64,000 nucleotides of DNA. Source: Candidatus Bathyarchaeota archaeon (lineage in GTDB: Archaea; Thermoproteota; Bathyarchaeia; Bathyarchaeales; Bathycorpusculaceae). Both the position numbers and the translations under genes were made by a program. Positions 43,702 through 54,661 of the stretch are shown in pieces; position 1 is the stretch's first letter, and every line of letters starts with the position of its first letter. The notes below the pieces were generated by a model. The model saw nothing but the letters and a program-made list of their open reading frames with translations, was not told the DNA's origin and searched no databases. Location: the NCBI GenBank assembly GCA_963702095.1, contig OY969706.1:1536001-1600000 (forward strand), written 5' to 3'.

Positions 43702-44984
43702 TTGGGGATGAAGCAGTCAGCGGTTTTGTTTGCGTTGCTCATACTTCTCGGCGCTGCTTTTATGTTACCGTCCACTGGAGCATCGCTGGCTTGGACCATA
43801 CAAACCGTAGATGACATTAACAATGCACGCGTCGGCTTCATTGCCCTTGACTCTAATAATGACTTACATGTAGCCTACTTAAGAAGCACCGGAGGCCACC
43901 TTAATGGAGTAATCGATTTGATGTATGCAAGTTGGAACGGAAAAAGCTGGGATATTCAGGAAGTAGCGACAGATTACTCTCCTGAAGGTCTAGTCATAGA
44001 TTCAAGTAATAACCCGCATATTCTGTGCAGTTCAGTCGGAGTCTTAGGCTTAACGTATGCAAGCTGGAACGGTACACAATGGAACTTAGAACCCATTGAT
44101 CCGGACGGGCGAACAGGCTCGGTTGCGTTGGACTCTTTAGATAATCCCCATATTGCATACAACTCAAGAGATGGAGCAGAAAAATATGCTGTATCTACGG
44201 AGGCGGGCTGGAGCATCCAAACTGTAGCATCAGTCTCGATCAATCAAGCGAAATCAACTAATGATGACTTAGGACTGCCGCAAATAGCATTAGATTCAAG
44301 CAATAACTCACACATAATCTATCAAAAAAATGTTCATGATTACAATATGCAACAAAATACAGCAGAATCGGCAATCGAATACGCTTTATGGAATAATTCA
44401 ACAAAACAGTGGAACTACGACAGTGTTGTTTCAAATGCTACTCTTGAAAGTATGGCTTTGGATTCAAAGGGTTATCCCCATTTCACCTATCATAAAGGCA
44501 TCGTAAGCGGGGCATTATGTTATGCCAGCTGGAATGGCACCACTTGGACCACACAAATCGTCGATAACTTGGCACCTTTTAGCCCTAGCTGTTTAGCTAT
44601 AGATGCGAATAACAAGTCACACATAATCTATCTCAGCAATACAGGGAATCTAACATATGCAAGGAGCACAGACAACTCATGGGATATTCAAACGGATGGT
44701 GTATCACAGGTCTATCAATAAACAGCATGACATTAGACACATACGGAAACCCGTACATATGCTACTCAAGAGGCACACCCTTTACAGGACCATATGAATT
44801 GTTGTATGCTACAGTTACAGAAAACACACAAGTGCCTGCTAAAACATCCAGCGACGGTACTAATACCATCCGGGGTACTGGCTTAGGCTTGCTTATAGCT
44901 ATACCTTTGATTGCTTTGGCAGTTCTCGTAATTGTGCTGGTGTTTAGAAGAACAAAACAAAAAAGAGGGGAAAGCACGCTTTAG
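43702..44984 (+). pseudogene. Surface beta-propeller-like repeat protein with C-terminal TM, 1 frameshift
   Basis: Signal peptide; repeats of ALDS.N.PHI.Y...L.YA.WNG..W.IQ; frame change near 44700; TM-RR tail. Confidence 0.75.
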
Positions 44985-45943
44985 CTTGTTTTTAGATCAT
45001 CCATAAACTCGCTTAAATCCACCGTGGATGCGCCGTTTTGGTCTTTTAGCTGCTGCTTAGCGGGTGGGTACTGGAGGTAGCTTGGTATGCGTTTGGCGAA
45101 GCGTTCCTCAAAGGTAGATTCAAAGGAGTTCACGTAGAAGACGCCTATTGGGATGTGGTCGCCCCATTCCTGTGCTTTTTCCATGCCAGCCATTTTTTTC
45201 TTGAAAATCTCGCTTGGGTCATGCACTTCTGGGTCGAATCCGGTGTCTTGGAGCTTGTAGAGGCGGCTCTGCGGTTTGCCGTCTGCGTCGGGGCGGTCGA
45301 CTCCATTGTACCAGTCTTTGGTGTTGATGTCGTTGTATGTGGGGCAGGGTTGCAAGCAATCTATTACTGCTAAGCCCTTGTGGTTGATTGCTTTGACAAT
45401 GGTGTCTTTTAGGTGCATGAGGTCGAAGGCGTATGCGCGGGCTACGAAGGTGAAGCCTGAGGTTATGGCGAGTGAAACTATGTTTATGGCTTCGTTTATG
45501 TTGGGTTGGGGGAGGCTTTTGGTTTGCATGCCGAGGCGTAGGGTGGGGGATGCTTGTCCTTTGGTTAAGCCGTAGACGCCGTTATTGTGGATTATGTAGG
45601 TCATGTCGATGTTTCTTCTGCCAGCGTTGACGAAGTGGCCTGCACCGATGCCTAAGCCGTCGCCGTCCCCTCCGACGCCGATGACTTCCAGCCCGGGATT
45701 CGCCATCTTTATGCCCATAGCAAACGGTAAAAGCCTACCGTGGAGAGTGTGGACGCCGTTGGCTTTGACGAAATGCGGCAGTTTCGGAGCGTTGCCGACG
45801 CCTGAAACAACGACGACGTTGTGGGGTTCTAATGCGAGTTCCGCCAGTGCCATCTGCAATGCGGAGAGGATGCCGAAGTCGCCGCATCCGGGGCACCAGT
45901 CCTCGTAGACGTCTGTTTTGTATTCTTGGGGTTTATGCGCCAT
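44981..45943 (-). CDS. 2-oxoacid:ferredoxin oxidoreductase beta subunit
   Basis: [40 protein letters not shown]. Confidence 0.94.
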   Translation of the reverse strand: MAHKPQEYKTDVYEDWCPGCGDFGILSALQMALAELALEPHNVVVVSGVGNAPKLPHFVKANGVHTLHGRLLPFAMGIKMANPGLEVIGVGGDGDGLGIGAGHFVNAGRRNIDMTYIIHNNGVYGLTKGQASPTLRLGMQTKSLPQPNINEAINIVSLAITSGFTFVARAYAFDLMHLKDTIVKAINHKGLAVIDCLQPCPTYNDINTKDWYNGVDRPDADGKPQSRLYKLQDTGFDPEVHDPSEIFKKKMAGMEKAQEWGDHIPIGVFYVNSFESTFEERFAKRIPSYLQYPPAKQQLKDQNGASTVDLSEFMDDLKTS

Positions 45944-47855
45944 AGGTTAACACCTGCCGCTCGGCTGCTTGATTGGTTAATATATTCTTGAGGGCACCGT
46001 ACACTTCGGTAACCGTCATGGGTCTGCCGGTATATTTGAGGATGTAATAGTTGGGTTTCACAAGCGCGTACTGGGTGATTACGCCTGCAAGCTGCGCGTC
46101 ATGGTTGTCTTCAACGTCGATTACCCGTTTTTTGCCCTGAAGCATCTGATTCAGGTAGGCGGCGGGCAAGGGATGAACCATGCGGACTTGGATGAAGCCT
46201 AAACTGTAGCCTTCCTCTTTAAGTTGAGCTATGGCTTCGATGATGGCGCCTTTAGGCGACCCCCAACTGACCACAATGTTCTCAGTATCTTTGTCGCCGA
46301 AGTAGTTTACTCTCATATCCAGCGGCACCTCTTTGTCGATTAAGCCGAGTTTGCCTATGCGTTTATCCATCATTTTGCGCCTGTTGGTGGGTTCCTCGTC
46401 GATGTGGCCCATTTCATTGTGTTCGTCGCCACTGTAATATTGGATGCCGCCTTTTGTGCCCAGAAAAGCCCGTGGCGAAACACCCGACTCGGTGAATTCG
46501 AAGCGTTTGTAGACTTTGCCTTCAAGGTCTTTTTCATCCACGATTAAGCCTCGGTCGATTTGCACTTTGGCGGAGTCGAACACGGGGTACGTCGCCGAAG
46601 AATTCGCCAGGCCCTTATCGAGCAAGTGAATCGCGGGCACCTGGTACTTTTCGGCTAGGTTGAAGATTGTGGCGGCGTCAAAGAAGCATTCACGTATGTC
46701 GCCGGATACCAGGATGATTCGGGCGAATTCTCCGTGTGCCGCGTGCATGGCGAAGCGGAGGTCCTGCTGGCTGTGCCTTGTGGGCTGCCCAGTTGCGGGT
46801 CCGCCCCTCTGGTAATAGGTTACGACGACGGGAACCTCGTTTGCTCCTGCCCAGCCAAAGCCTTCCGCCATCAATGAGAAGCCGGGTCCTGAAGTGCTGG
46901 TTGCCGCCCGCGCGCCCGCCAAACAAGCGCCTGAAGCGGAGTTGATGGCGGCGATTTCGTCCTCAGTTTGGATGACGATGACGGATTCTTGGCTGTCGCC
47001 TTTGGTTTTTAGGATTTCGTGGGCTTCAAGGTATTCGCTTTCGTCTGCGGCGGGTGTGATGGGGTAGTAGGTTTGGACTCTGCATCCGCCTAGGACTTTG
47101 CCCATGGCGACCGCCTGGTTTCCTGTTAGGAAGATTCGGGCTTCGTCGGTGGGTTGTTTTTCAAGTTTGTACTTGAAGCTGCCTACGTCAAAGTGGGTTT
47201 GGGTGTACTGGTAGGCTTGGTCTACGGCGACCACGTTCATTTCGGCGATTTTTTCGTGGAAGGTGGCTCTTATGGCGTCTTCGACAAGTTTTTGGTCGTA
47301 CTTTAGTAGTGCAAAGGATACGCCGATTGTTAGGACGTTGATCATTTTTTTGAGTAGGCTCATTTTTTCTATGTTGAGTTTTTTGCCGATTTCTTGGAGC
47401 AGCTCCATGTAGGGTACAGGGTAAACTTGGATACCTTTGCCCTTGGCATAATTCACATAATCCTGAATTGTTTCGCCTAAACCGTTCTGCCCCAGAAAAG
47501 CCGCCACCTGCGCCTTGTACCCTTCGCCGAAAGTAGCAATATCATGCAACACATTGACGGAGAGGTCTTTGGAATCCACGATTAAGCCGCCCACGACCTC
47601 GCCGAGGTGCCGCACCACGGTTTCAGCGTCAAACGCCGCTAAGAGGTCCACGTCGCTTATGTTGGCATGCGTGGGCTCCTTGGAGATTCGCTGGTGGAAG
47701 TAACTGTGCATGGTTTTAATGTTTGAGTGGTACTCGCGCCTGCCGAAGACATACAGTCCGCCGTATCCACAGGCCCTGCCAAATATGGTGGATGCCGTGT
47801 CAACGCCAGCTCCCTGCGGTCCACCCGCCATCCAATTCACACTTTCAATTACCAT
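45933..47855 (-). CDS. 2-oxoacid:ferredoxin oxidoreductase alpha (gamma-alpha fused) subunit
   Basis: [41 protein letters not shown]. Confidence 0.94.
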   Translation of the reverse strand: MVIESVNWMAGGPQGAGVDTASTIFGRACGYGGLYVFGRREYHSNIKTMHSYFHQRISKEPTHANISDVDLLAAFDAETVVRHLGEVVGGLIVDSKDLSVNVLHDIATFGEGYKAQVAAFLGQNGLGETIQDYVNYAKGKGIQVYPVPYMELLQEIGKKLNIEKMSLLKKMINVLTIGVSFALLKYDQKLVEDAIRATFHEKIAEMNVVAVDQAYQYTQTHFDVGSFKYKLEKQPTDEARIFLTGNQAVAMGKVLGGCRVQTYYPITPAADESEYLEAHEILKTKGDSQESVIVIQTEDEIAAINSASGACLAGARAATSTSGPGFSLMAEGFGWAGANEVPVVVTYYQRGGPATGQPTRHSQQDLRFAMHAAHGEFARIILVSGDIRECFFDAATIFNLAEKYQVPAIHLLDKGLANSSATYPVFDSAKVQIDRGLIVDEKDLEGKVYKRFEFTESGVSPRAFLGTKGGIQYYSGDEHNEMGHIDEEPTNRRKMMDKRIGKLGLIDKEVPLDMRVNYFGDKDTENIVVSWGSPKGAIIEAIAQLKEEGYSLGFIQVRMVHPLPAAYLNQMLQGKKRVIDVEDNHDAQLAGVITQYALVKPNYYILKYTGRPMTVTEVYGALKNILTNQAAERQVLTYGA

Positions 47856-48042
47856 TTCTAAACTCACACTCGAAAAACTTCTTGCCGCCTGATTGCGCTA
47901 TCCGCCGCCAGACGCCTTATCGATACCTACACAACAGGTACATTTAGCTGTTTCGCCACAGTATGGACACACACAATTGCAGTCATCGATAAAATTTCCA
48001 CAGTTGATACAACGAGGCAAATCTTCCTCACTCAATAATCCT

Positions 48043-48059
48043 CGCCTCTGCCACAATAC
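48043..48059 (+). repeat. 17-bp direct repeat (second copy 50920-50936)
   Basis: CGCCTCTGCCACAATAC at both positions, bracketing an AT-rich segment. Confidence 0.75.
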
Positions 48060-48189
48060 ATGTTTTACCAACAAAAGATTTAAGGATTCACAACTACAGG
48101 TCGCCTACTAGAACACCAAATGGTCTTAGCCTAAAGGCAACTACAAGAGACCCTTTACAAGAAATGCCACTTTTGCTAAGGTTTGATTA

Positions 48190-48399
48190 ATGAAGAGACG
48201 GACGACTGTTTACATAGATTCTAAGTTATGGCAGGATTTCATGAAATACATAATCGATAAGAACGGCAAAACACACGGCGGAGTAATATCGGACGAAGTG
48301 GAAAACGCCCTAAAGTTATTGATAAAAAAAGATAGCAAATTTACAAAGAAAAATCCTTTTTCTCTTTTGTATACGCACTTGAGTGTGGAGACCTGTTAA
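48190..48399 (+). CDS. Ribbon-helix-helix (CopG-like) small DNA-binding protein
   Basis: MKRRTTVYIDSKLWQDF...ISDEVENAL. Confidence 0.7.
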   Translation: MKRRTTVYIDSKLWQDFMKYIIDKNGKTHGGVISDEVENALKLLIKKDSKFTKKNPFSLLYTHLSVETC

Positions 48400-48409
48400 T
48401 TATGACTTT

Positions 48410-48455
48410 AAGGTGTGTACTTTGGGCAGAATGATATGTTTAAAGTGTGCACCTT
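48410..48455 (+). terminator. 14-bp hairpin (3 G-U pairs) between convergent genes
   Basis: AAGGTGTGTACTTT...AAAGTGTGCACCTT. Confidence 0.4.
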
Positions 48456-48486
48456 TTAGGAAGAAAGGTCTTAAGAGCCCACCTAT

Positions 48487-49380
48487 TTAACAATAATCTG
48501 ATTCAATCCAGTTCAAATTGGATTTTCTTTTTCCCTTTACATCATCATATAATAATTTGACCAGTAACGAAATAATGATGCCACTTGCAATAAAAGGAAA
48601 TATTTGCATTAACATTTTATATCCAGACCTTGAGATTTCGTTTTCATAGGTTCCTGTTATTTGAAAAGTATTACTCTTCTTTTGAAGATTCCAAAGGTTA
48701 GAACCTGCAAATTTTTGGGTTATACTTGGATAACTCTCAGATAAAGTATAATCATTCCCAAGCATGACCCCTACTCCTATGGGCATGTTGTATAAGTTAC
48801 CTGCCGAATCAGTTTGTAAAAGTGGATGAAAAGGTATTTCTTCATTGTCCATCAGATAATGATATGCCCTTCCTTCAACATTGAAAGCATATTTGTCAAA
48901 ACCAATTTCTTTTGAAAATGAAGCCCAATTAAAATAAACAGTGAAATAATCAAATTGGCTTGTATTCATAGTAATAGGCATGTAAACGATGTTGCCATAG
49001 GGACGATATGAAACATTTAGGAAAAAGGTATCAAGAGTAGGGTAAGGGATTGCATCACAAGGTAAGAGAAATATGAGAGTACCATTTAGTGGGCTATCTC
49101 CATTTTGAATCCAAACCTCTGAGGCACCTATTGCATCAGTTTTACTTTTCAGAGTGAAGTCAAACTCAAACTGCCTCACTGTGAAATTCTTTCCAATATC
49201 TTCCAAGGTACCTATTGCAAAAACCCTTCTATCTTCTTCAGTCCTTGTCAATGTGGAAGACTCTGGAGCATCAACCAACATCAGAGCTATATAAGATGTG
49301 ATAACAATTATTATTCCAATTATTGCCAGCCATGTGCTTCTATGGAGTCTAAACCAACTAACAAGAAAATTTTTCTTCAT
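48487..49380 (-). CDS. AT-rich hypothetical membrane protein (two TM helices flanking a soluble domain)
   Basis: 297-aa ORF, TM near the N- and C-termini. Confidence 0.7.
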   Translation of the reverse strand: MKKNFLVSWFRLHRSTWLAIIGIIIVITSYIALMLVDAPESSTLTRTEEDRRVFAIGTLEDIGKNFTVRQFEFDFTLKSKTDAIGASEVWIQNGDSPLNGTLIFLLPCDAIPYPTLDTFFLNVSYRPYGNIVYMPITMNTSQFDYFTVYFNWASFSKEIGFDKYAFNVEGRAYHYLMDNEEIPFHPLLQTDSAGNLYNMPIGVGVMLGNDYTLSESYPSITQKFAGSNLWNLQKKSNTFQITGTYENEISRSGYKMLMQIFPFIASGIIISLLVKLLYDDVKGKRKSNLNWIESDYC

Positions 49381-49468
49381 AGGACATAACGACTATTTGG
49401 AATTGGATAATTGTCCTAACTCTGTCTTGGTATTTAAGACCAACTAAGGAAAAGTTGCCTGCCTAATG

Positions 49469-50041
49469 CTAACTAATGTAAGGCTTTATCAATTTTCTGA
49501 GGTATTCAACGTACTCCAATCTAACCTCAAAGCTAACACCCTTTTGATGGTTAAAAGAAACTATTGAATCCTCAGGAATTGTTTTCAGAAGTTCAGAATG
49601 GACATATACATCTATACGATTGTGCCCTTCATTATCAACATATCTGGTTACTCTTCCTTGTAAGCATTCTTTTACTTTTATTCTCTCATTGAGCTTGAGT
49701 CCATTGATCAAATTTGCATAAGTTAAAATCTCAGTCAAGAGGCAAAATTCGGCATGAGAAGGTGCCCATGACAAATAAGCATTGGTTCTTGGATAATTTC
49801 CATTAGGAATAGTGAAAATGTAAGCAAAGTCCTTATCAGTTATTGAGGATTCATCCAACTCAGTAAAAGCTATTGTTTCAAAATCTTCTTCTTTTATCCT
49901 CATTCTCAGATTTTCTTTACCACTATCCCAAAAGTGAAAAACTGCTAACAGGGTTTGAGTCTTTTCTATCCATTTCCACTCAACAAATATTGCCATGATT
50001 CTTTTGTTGGAACTGAAAGGGTTTAAGTGTTTGCATTGCAA
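49469..50041 (-). CDS. AT-rich hypothetical protein
   Basis: 190-aa ORF with no recognised motif. Confidence 0.6.
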   Translation of the reverse strand: MQCKHLNPFSSNKRIMAIFVEWKWIEKTQTLLAVFHFWDSGKENLRMRIKEEDFETIAFTELDESSITDKDFAYIFTIPNGNYPRTNAYLSWAPSHAEFCLLTEILTYANLINGLKLNERIKVKECLQGRVTRYVDNEGHNRIDVYVHSELLKTIPEDSIVSFNHQKGVSFEVRLEYVEYLRKLIKPYIS

Positions 50042-50043
50042 GT

Positions 50044-50241
50044 TTACCAGTCTAAGACTGCTGCACCTGGCTTGAATCCTTCTTCTAAATCCTTAAGTCT
50101 CTCTTTCCTCAAGGTATGCCTGCCATTCTTTACGACAATCTTTGCCTCTTCGTCTTCCTTACCGGCTGGAATACGAAAGAGAGCAGGGCCTTGGGCAAAT
50201 ATGGTTACTTCTGGTTTTTTAGACCCTTCAGAAATTAGCAC
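50044..50241 (-). CDS. Small hypothetical protein or gene remnant
   Basis: 65-aa charged ORF abutting the next gene. Confidence 0.4.
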   Translation of the reverse strand: MLISEGSKKPEVTIFAQGPALFRIPAGKEDEEAKIVVKNGRHTLRKERLKDLEEGFKPGAAVLDW

Positions 50242-50855
50242 AGGTTTTAGCCTGAAGCTGTGGGTTTAACTTAAATTTCGTGTGTGTGAGCGTGTGTGAA
50301 TAGAGACCGCCAGTAATTAAGAGGAAATTTCCCCCTACACACTCACACACTCGCTGTGTGTCGGTTTTTATTTAGTTGGTGGGTGGGTTGTAGTGGGTTT
50401 GAGTGATGGAGCGGGTTTGTCAGTAAGTTAGTTTCAGAGAGAGGATAGAAACTCTATGCAGTGTCCTGTAGAGGCGGTGGGGGTGACTGTTTTGGCGAGG
50501 TGTGTTTTCTGGTTGTTTAATGCTGTTTTAATCGCTCTTTTTTAGTCGCAAAATTGTTTTTATGGTGTGTGTGGGGTTGGTTTGTCTTTAGACGGGTGAC
50601 TGTTTGGTTTTTTGCTTTTTGTAGGGGGAGTGGAGGAGGCGGCAGAGCGGTAGAAGGTGTTTGTTGGATGCTTGGAAAATGCTTTTTTTCTAGTGTTTTT
50701 TGTTTGCCGAAATTGCTTATAGGGGGCGGTTGGGTGGGGTGTTTGGATGTGAGAGATTGCTTAATCTCCGCTTTTTGGGCCATGCTAGTGCTCGCTTGTA
50801 TTGTGCTGTTCGTTGCTGTTCATTTGGATTCTTGTGAAACCGTAAGAAGACTCTG

Positions 50856-50936
50856 CATGCTTCCACACCCACACTGTGGCTGATTCAAAATGCTTCAGCA
50901 TAGGGCGTGTGGAGGAAAACGCCTCTGCCACAATAC
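50856..50936 (+). repeat. Repeat family A, truncated 5' copy
   Basis: CATGCTTCCACACCCACAC...GCGTGTGGAGGAAAACGC matches the 5' half of the other copies. Confidence 0.65.
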
Positions 50937-51141
50937 CTCAGTATTAGTTAGAATTTTAGTGAAGTATTTTCTAGCAGGTAATATTGCGTCAAAATGCTGG
51001 TAATTCGATAATAGGATGGAAGGTTTTTGAAGTGTTTGAAAAAGCGTTAAAGATGTTAACGTCGATTAGCAGTTGAACTCATGTTTGTGTCTTCAACGGT
51101 GGGTCAAGGGGTTTTTTCGGTTCTGTTTGTGGCTTGTTGCA

Positions 51142-51256
51142 CAACCAGCCTGCAACCCCTAAGATTGGCAGAAACATAAAAACAAACCTCTACACAATCC
51201 GCTGGTTGTTGTGTATAGGCGGTTTTTGCCAACAACAACTATAGAAGAAAACAAGA
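51142..51256 (+). repeat. Dispersed repeat family B, copy 3
   Basis: CAACCAGCCTGCAAC...CTGGTTGTTGTGTATAGG...CAACAACAACTATAGAAGAAAACAAG. Confidence 0.7.
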
Positions 51257-51284
51257 GCTAAAGAAACAAAGAAAAGAAAAGAGT

Positions 51285-52271
51285 TTATTTGACGTAGTCG
51301 TCGAAGGTCCAGTAGTGTGCTTCTTCTTGGATAATGATATCTTCGAACATGCGTCTGGTGGTGGTGTCGCCGAGTTCAAGGGCTTTGGCGATAATTCTGC
51401 GGTATAGTGCGATGGTGTCAGCTTCAAGTTTGTGGTCTAAGTTCAGGAAGTCTTGGGCAGTGTTGCCAACTACTGGCAGGGGGTCTGCGGTGGCGACTGC
51501 TTCTCCTTCAAGAAGATAGATGCGTTCACTGATTTTCTCTAGGTGATCCATTTCCTGCATAAAAATCGGCTTAAGAAGTTTGCTTACGACATCGGCTTTG
51601 TTGGTGTCTGTGACGGCTTCAAGCGCCGAGCTCTTCATGCGCAGTTCAAGGAAAGCGGCTTTTTCATGCTGGTTAGTGTACTGGAGGACCCCGGTGATTT
51701 CCGCGGCTACCGCCTTGTTTAAGAGGGCAAAGTATTCGTCAGTGTAGATTTTACGCCACTCATCTGCGGGGGGGCTGCTGGCTTCGTCTTTTTCGTCTTG
51801 GAACTTTATGTATTCTTGGAAGTTGAAAAGGTGATCTTCCTCTTCTTTGTAGATGCGTTCAAAGAGTTCACGGGTCTTCCAGTCGCCAATCTGGCCAGAT
51901 GCAACGATGATTTCACGGTACAGACTTAGAGCTTCTTCCTCTGCTGTAACGCCAAGTTGGGCAAACTCGCTTATGCTACCGCCAACTGTTACTTTGCTGG
52001 ATTTGGTTGTGGCTTGCCCGCCAAGGTAGTAAATGCGTTCCATGATGTCTGCGGCATGCTTCATTTCGGCGATGGCGGTGTCTCTGAGGATTTTTCCAAC
52101 TGCATCATAAGTGGTTTTGTCTAAGAGTAAGTTTTCAGGGATGGTTTTTCGGATGAGCTTCTCCATCTTACCATGTTGCAAGATGTATTGAACTGAAACA
52201 CCTATTTCACGTTCAACAGCTTTGTTTAGCAATCTAATATAGTCGGGTGTTACTTTGACAGACATAAACAA
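51285..52271 (-). CDS. Tandem two-domain bacterioferritin/ferritin-like protein
   Basis: Two repeats of LLNKAV..EI....QY..QH...EM.H....ERIY.L.G...E...LYR.II...GD..TR..FE.I...EE.H. Confidence 0.85.
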   Translation of the reverse strand: MFMSVKVTPDYIRLLNKAVEREIGVSVQYILQHGKMEKLIRKTIPENLLLDKTTYDAVGKILRDTAIAEMKHAADIMERIYYLGGQATTKSSKVTVGGSISEFAQLGVTAEEEALSLYREIIVASGQIGDWKTRELFERIYKEEEDHLFNFQEYIKFQDEKDEASSPPADEWRKIYTDEYFALLNKAVAAEITGVLQYTNQHEKAAFLELRMKSSALEAVTDTNKADVVSKLLKPIFMQEMDHLEKISERIYLLEGEAVATADPLPVVGNTAQDFLNLDHKLEADTIALYRRIIAKALELGDTTTRRMFEDIIIQEEAHYWTFDDYVK

Positions 52272-52358
52272 TCACTACTGCCTATGCAGAGGAGAAACCT
52301 GACATATAAGATTTTTTATAAAAACAAGTTAAGGGTACAGGTATCTACCAACCGCTCT

Positions 52359-53150
52359 CTACAGTTGCCTGCCGCAGTTTCCACAGTAAACCGCGTCGGG
52401 AGCATTTTCTGCGCCGCAGACAGGACAACGCTTGGTGGCTCCAGTAACGGGTGGCGCCATTGCAGGCGGGTTATAGGTGTTGGCGGTGGCGGGCGCCAGT
52501 TTATGGTAGCCCATAGCGGCAAATATCCATGCAATCCAAATGATGATTACTCCGACCCCGATAACAGTTAATATTGTGCCGATTAGGTAGAGTAAGCCTG
52601 TGGTTTTGAAGTTGTCGACTCCTGATTTCTCCGCGAGTTTATCGAATGCACGTTTGTAGAGTAGGGCACAAACAATTCCGATGACCACGCTTACTAGGAC
52701 CAGCACTAGTGCGAGTATTATTATGCTCAAAAACACCGGTGTCACCGAAGTTGTTGGTGTTGATGTTTGCACGGCCCTTCCTACTGCTGAAAGTGTAAAC
52801 CCAAACATGCCAACCGAGATTACAACGCCTAAGACGATTTGTATGATTAAGGCGTAGAGGAGATTTCTGAAGATGCCTGGTTCACAGTAGTACTTGGATA
52901 GTTGGTACATGGCAATCATAAACAGTACATAGCCTGCCAACGCCACAGCTGCCAAGGCGATGATGACTGCAAAAGTGGAGTTGTAGAACAAGAGTGGATT
53001 TTGGAATCCGGTGGTTCCCGTGCTAAAGGCGGATAAGGTACTGAAGATGGACATAAGTAAACTTACGTAGATTATACCAGCGGCGACAGGTACGACTATT
53101 GAGATTAAACTTGCTGTTAACCCCATTTTTCTGGCTGATTCGAAAGACAT
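52359..53150 (-). CDS. DUF996-like membrane protein with C-terminal zinc ribbon
   Basis: Five TM helices, LAEKSG..NFKTTG..YLIG, CPVCG..N...A.YCGNCG. Confidence 0.8.
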   Translation of the reverse strand: MSFESARKMGLTASLISIVVPVAAGIIYVSLLMSIFSTLSAFSTGTTGFQNPLLFYNSTFAVIIALAAVALAGYVLFMIAMYQLSKYYCEPGIFRNLLYALIIQIVLGVVISVGMFGFTLSAVGRAVQTSTPTTSVTPVFLSIIILALVLVLVSVVIGIVCALLYKRAFDKLAEKSGVDNFKTTGLLYLIGTILTVIGVGVIIIWIAWIFAAMGYHKLAPATANTYNPPAMAPPVTGATKRCPVCGAENAPDAVYCGNCGRQL

Positions 53151-53284
53151 ATGGATCCACAGAGTTATTACTGGTTATTCAGGGATAAGTTTTTCCATAC
53201 AAGTCTACGCTAACAAAACTAAACAGTATACATAGAAAATCGTTAAATCACCAAAAAACTATAGGGTCTATTGAGGAGTAATTT

Positions 53285-53527
53285 ATGGCTGAAGGAGCAA
53301 CAGTAGCAGAAACATCACAAGCAAGTTGTTACCGAGTAAAATTCGACCGCGAACCCTTCCTAGAACTCGTAGGCATAGCCAGACCCAAAATCATCTACCG
53401 CAGAAAAAACGTGTACTTCTTCGCTTACGACGGCTTTGTCATGTACTGCGACCAATGCCAAGAAAGAGACTTTTCAGCGCGTATCTTGGATGCTATTGAG
53501 TTTTCGAATTATCAGTGGGCAAAGTAG
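53285..53527 (+). CDS. Hypothetical protein
   Basis: ATG with GAGGAG ribosome-binding site, 80 aa. Confidence 0.65.
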   Translation: MAEGATVAETSQASCYRVKFDREPFLELVGIARPKIIYRRKNVYFFAYDGFVMYCDQCQERDFSARILDAIEFSNYQWAK

Positions 53528-54323
53528 CTGCCCCAGTTTCTGTTCCTGCTTGACTCTGAGGGGGTTGGGTTGGTTCCGGTTGTTTTCGGATGTCTTTTGT
53601 TGCGTACCAAGCCACCCAAACTGACAACGCAGACAGAGCAAAAAATCCCCCTTCAAAGACCAGCGGCGAGTACTGCGCAAAGGGCACCAAGAAATCGATG
53701 AAGCCCATTGGCAAGGCGATGTAGAAGAGCTTTTTTTTGTGGTAGAGCACTGCCATAACGCAGAGGTAACCCCAGGCTATATGGATAAGCATAGAAGAAA
53801 TCCGCTCTAAAACCCCAATCCCCACATTACCCAATGCCACAGCGTTAGAGGCAAAGAGCCCCGATGCATTTTGCTGGAGTTGGTCATAGACTGTCTGCGC
53901 CAGTGGTCCTGCGCCGGAAAGTATAAAGTAATAGGAAACCAAGTTGACGAGGGAAAGCGCGCTTAGGAATCCCACGTTTTCCCAAAAAGCCAAGCCTGAA
54001 CCATACGCTTCTGCATCTTTTCTGCTGAGGTTGCCCCGTTTAGCCGCAAAATAAGCCACCAAATAAGCTAAGCCCACCTCAAAAACCATTGTTTGCACCC
54101 CATAGTAAACGCCTAAAACAACATCGCCCGCTGGCTTAACCGCATCAATTGTGGGAATCTGCACCGCGTATTTGAGGGCAATCGCCACGGCATAAGCAAC
54201 CAACGTGTATAGCCAGACTGTTGAGTGGAAACGGCGTTTTTTGTACCAGTAAAGCATCAGTGCAACAGAGATGGCTATGACGATTATGGGTTGGAGGATG
54301 TAGAGGGGGTTGATGTTTTCCAT
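53493..54323 (-). CDS. YhfC/PrsW-like intramembrane protease family protein
   Basis: Multi-TM; VFEVG, YGSGLAFWEN, ERISSMLIHIAWG. Confidence 0.7.
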   Translation of the reverse strand: MENINPLYILQPIIVIAISVALMLYWYKKRRFHSTVWLYTLVAYAVAIALKYAVQIPTIDAVKPAGDVVLGVYYGVQTMVFEVGLAYLVAYFAAKRGNLSRKDAEAYGSGLAFWENVGFLSALSLVNLVSYYFILSGAGPLAQTVYDQLQQNASGLFASNAVALGNVGIGVLERISSMLIHIAWGYLCVMAVLYHKKKLFYIALPMGFIDFLVPFAQYSPLVFEGGFFALSALSVWVAWYATKDIRKQPEPTQPPQSQAGTETGAATLPTDNSKTQ

Positions 54324-54371
54324 AGCAACCGTTAACTGGGTTTGTGCTTAAAAAATTTGGGTTGTTTAGTT

Positions 54372-54552
54372 TGTCTTCGTCTCTTTATGTGGGTGTGGCG
54401 GTTTTAGAATTTCCACAAGACTGCAAAGGGGGCGGTTGCTTTTTGGGTTTGCGTTGTTTTTCTTTGGCTGTTTCGGTGTGGGAGTGGGTTTTTCTCCACA
54501 TGCCCTGCATGGCTCCATGCAGACGCAGCCGCCGTGTGAGTGTGGAAGCATG
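54372..54552 (-). repeat. Dispersed structured repeat family A, copy 3
   Basis: Shares GTCTCTTTATGTGGGTGTGG, CTGTTTCGGTGTGG and CATGGCTCCATG with copy 2. Confidence 0.85.
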
Positions 54553-54661
54553 TTGAATACGCACAAAAACTGTATGTTGAAAGAAAAATAATCATCCAGG
54601 AAAATGGCACCCGTAAATGAAATCTTAAATAGACAAATGCAATATCAGAAACAGTGCAGCT

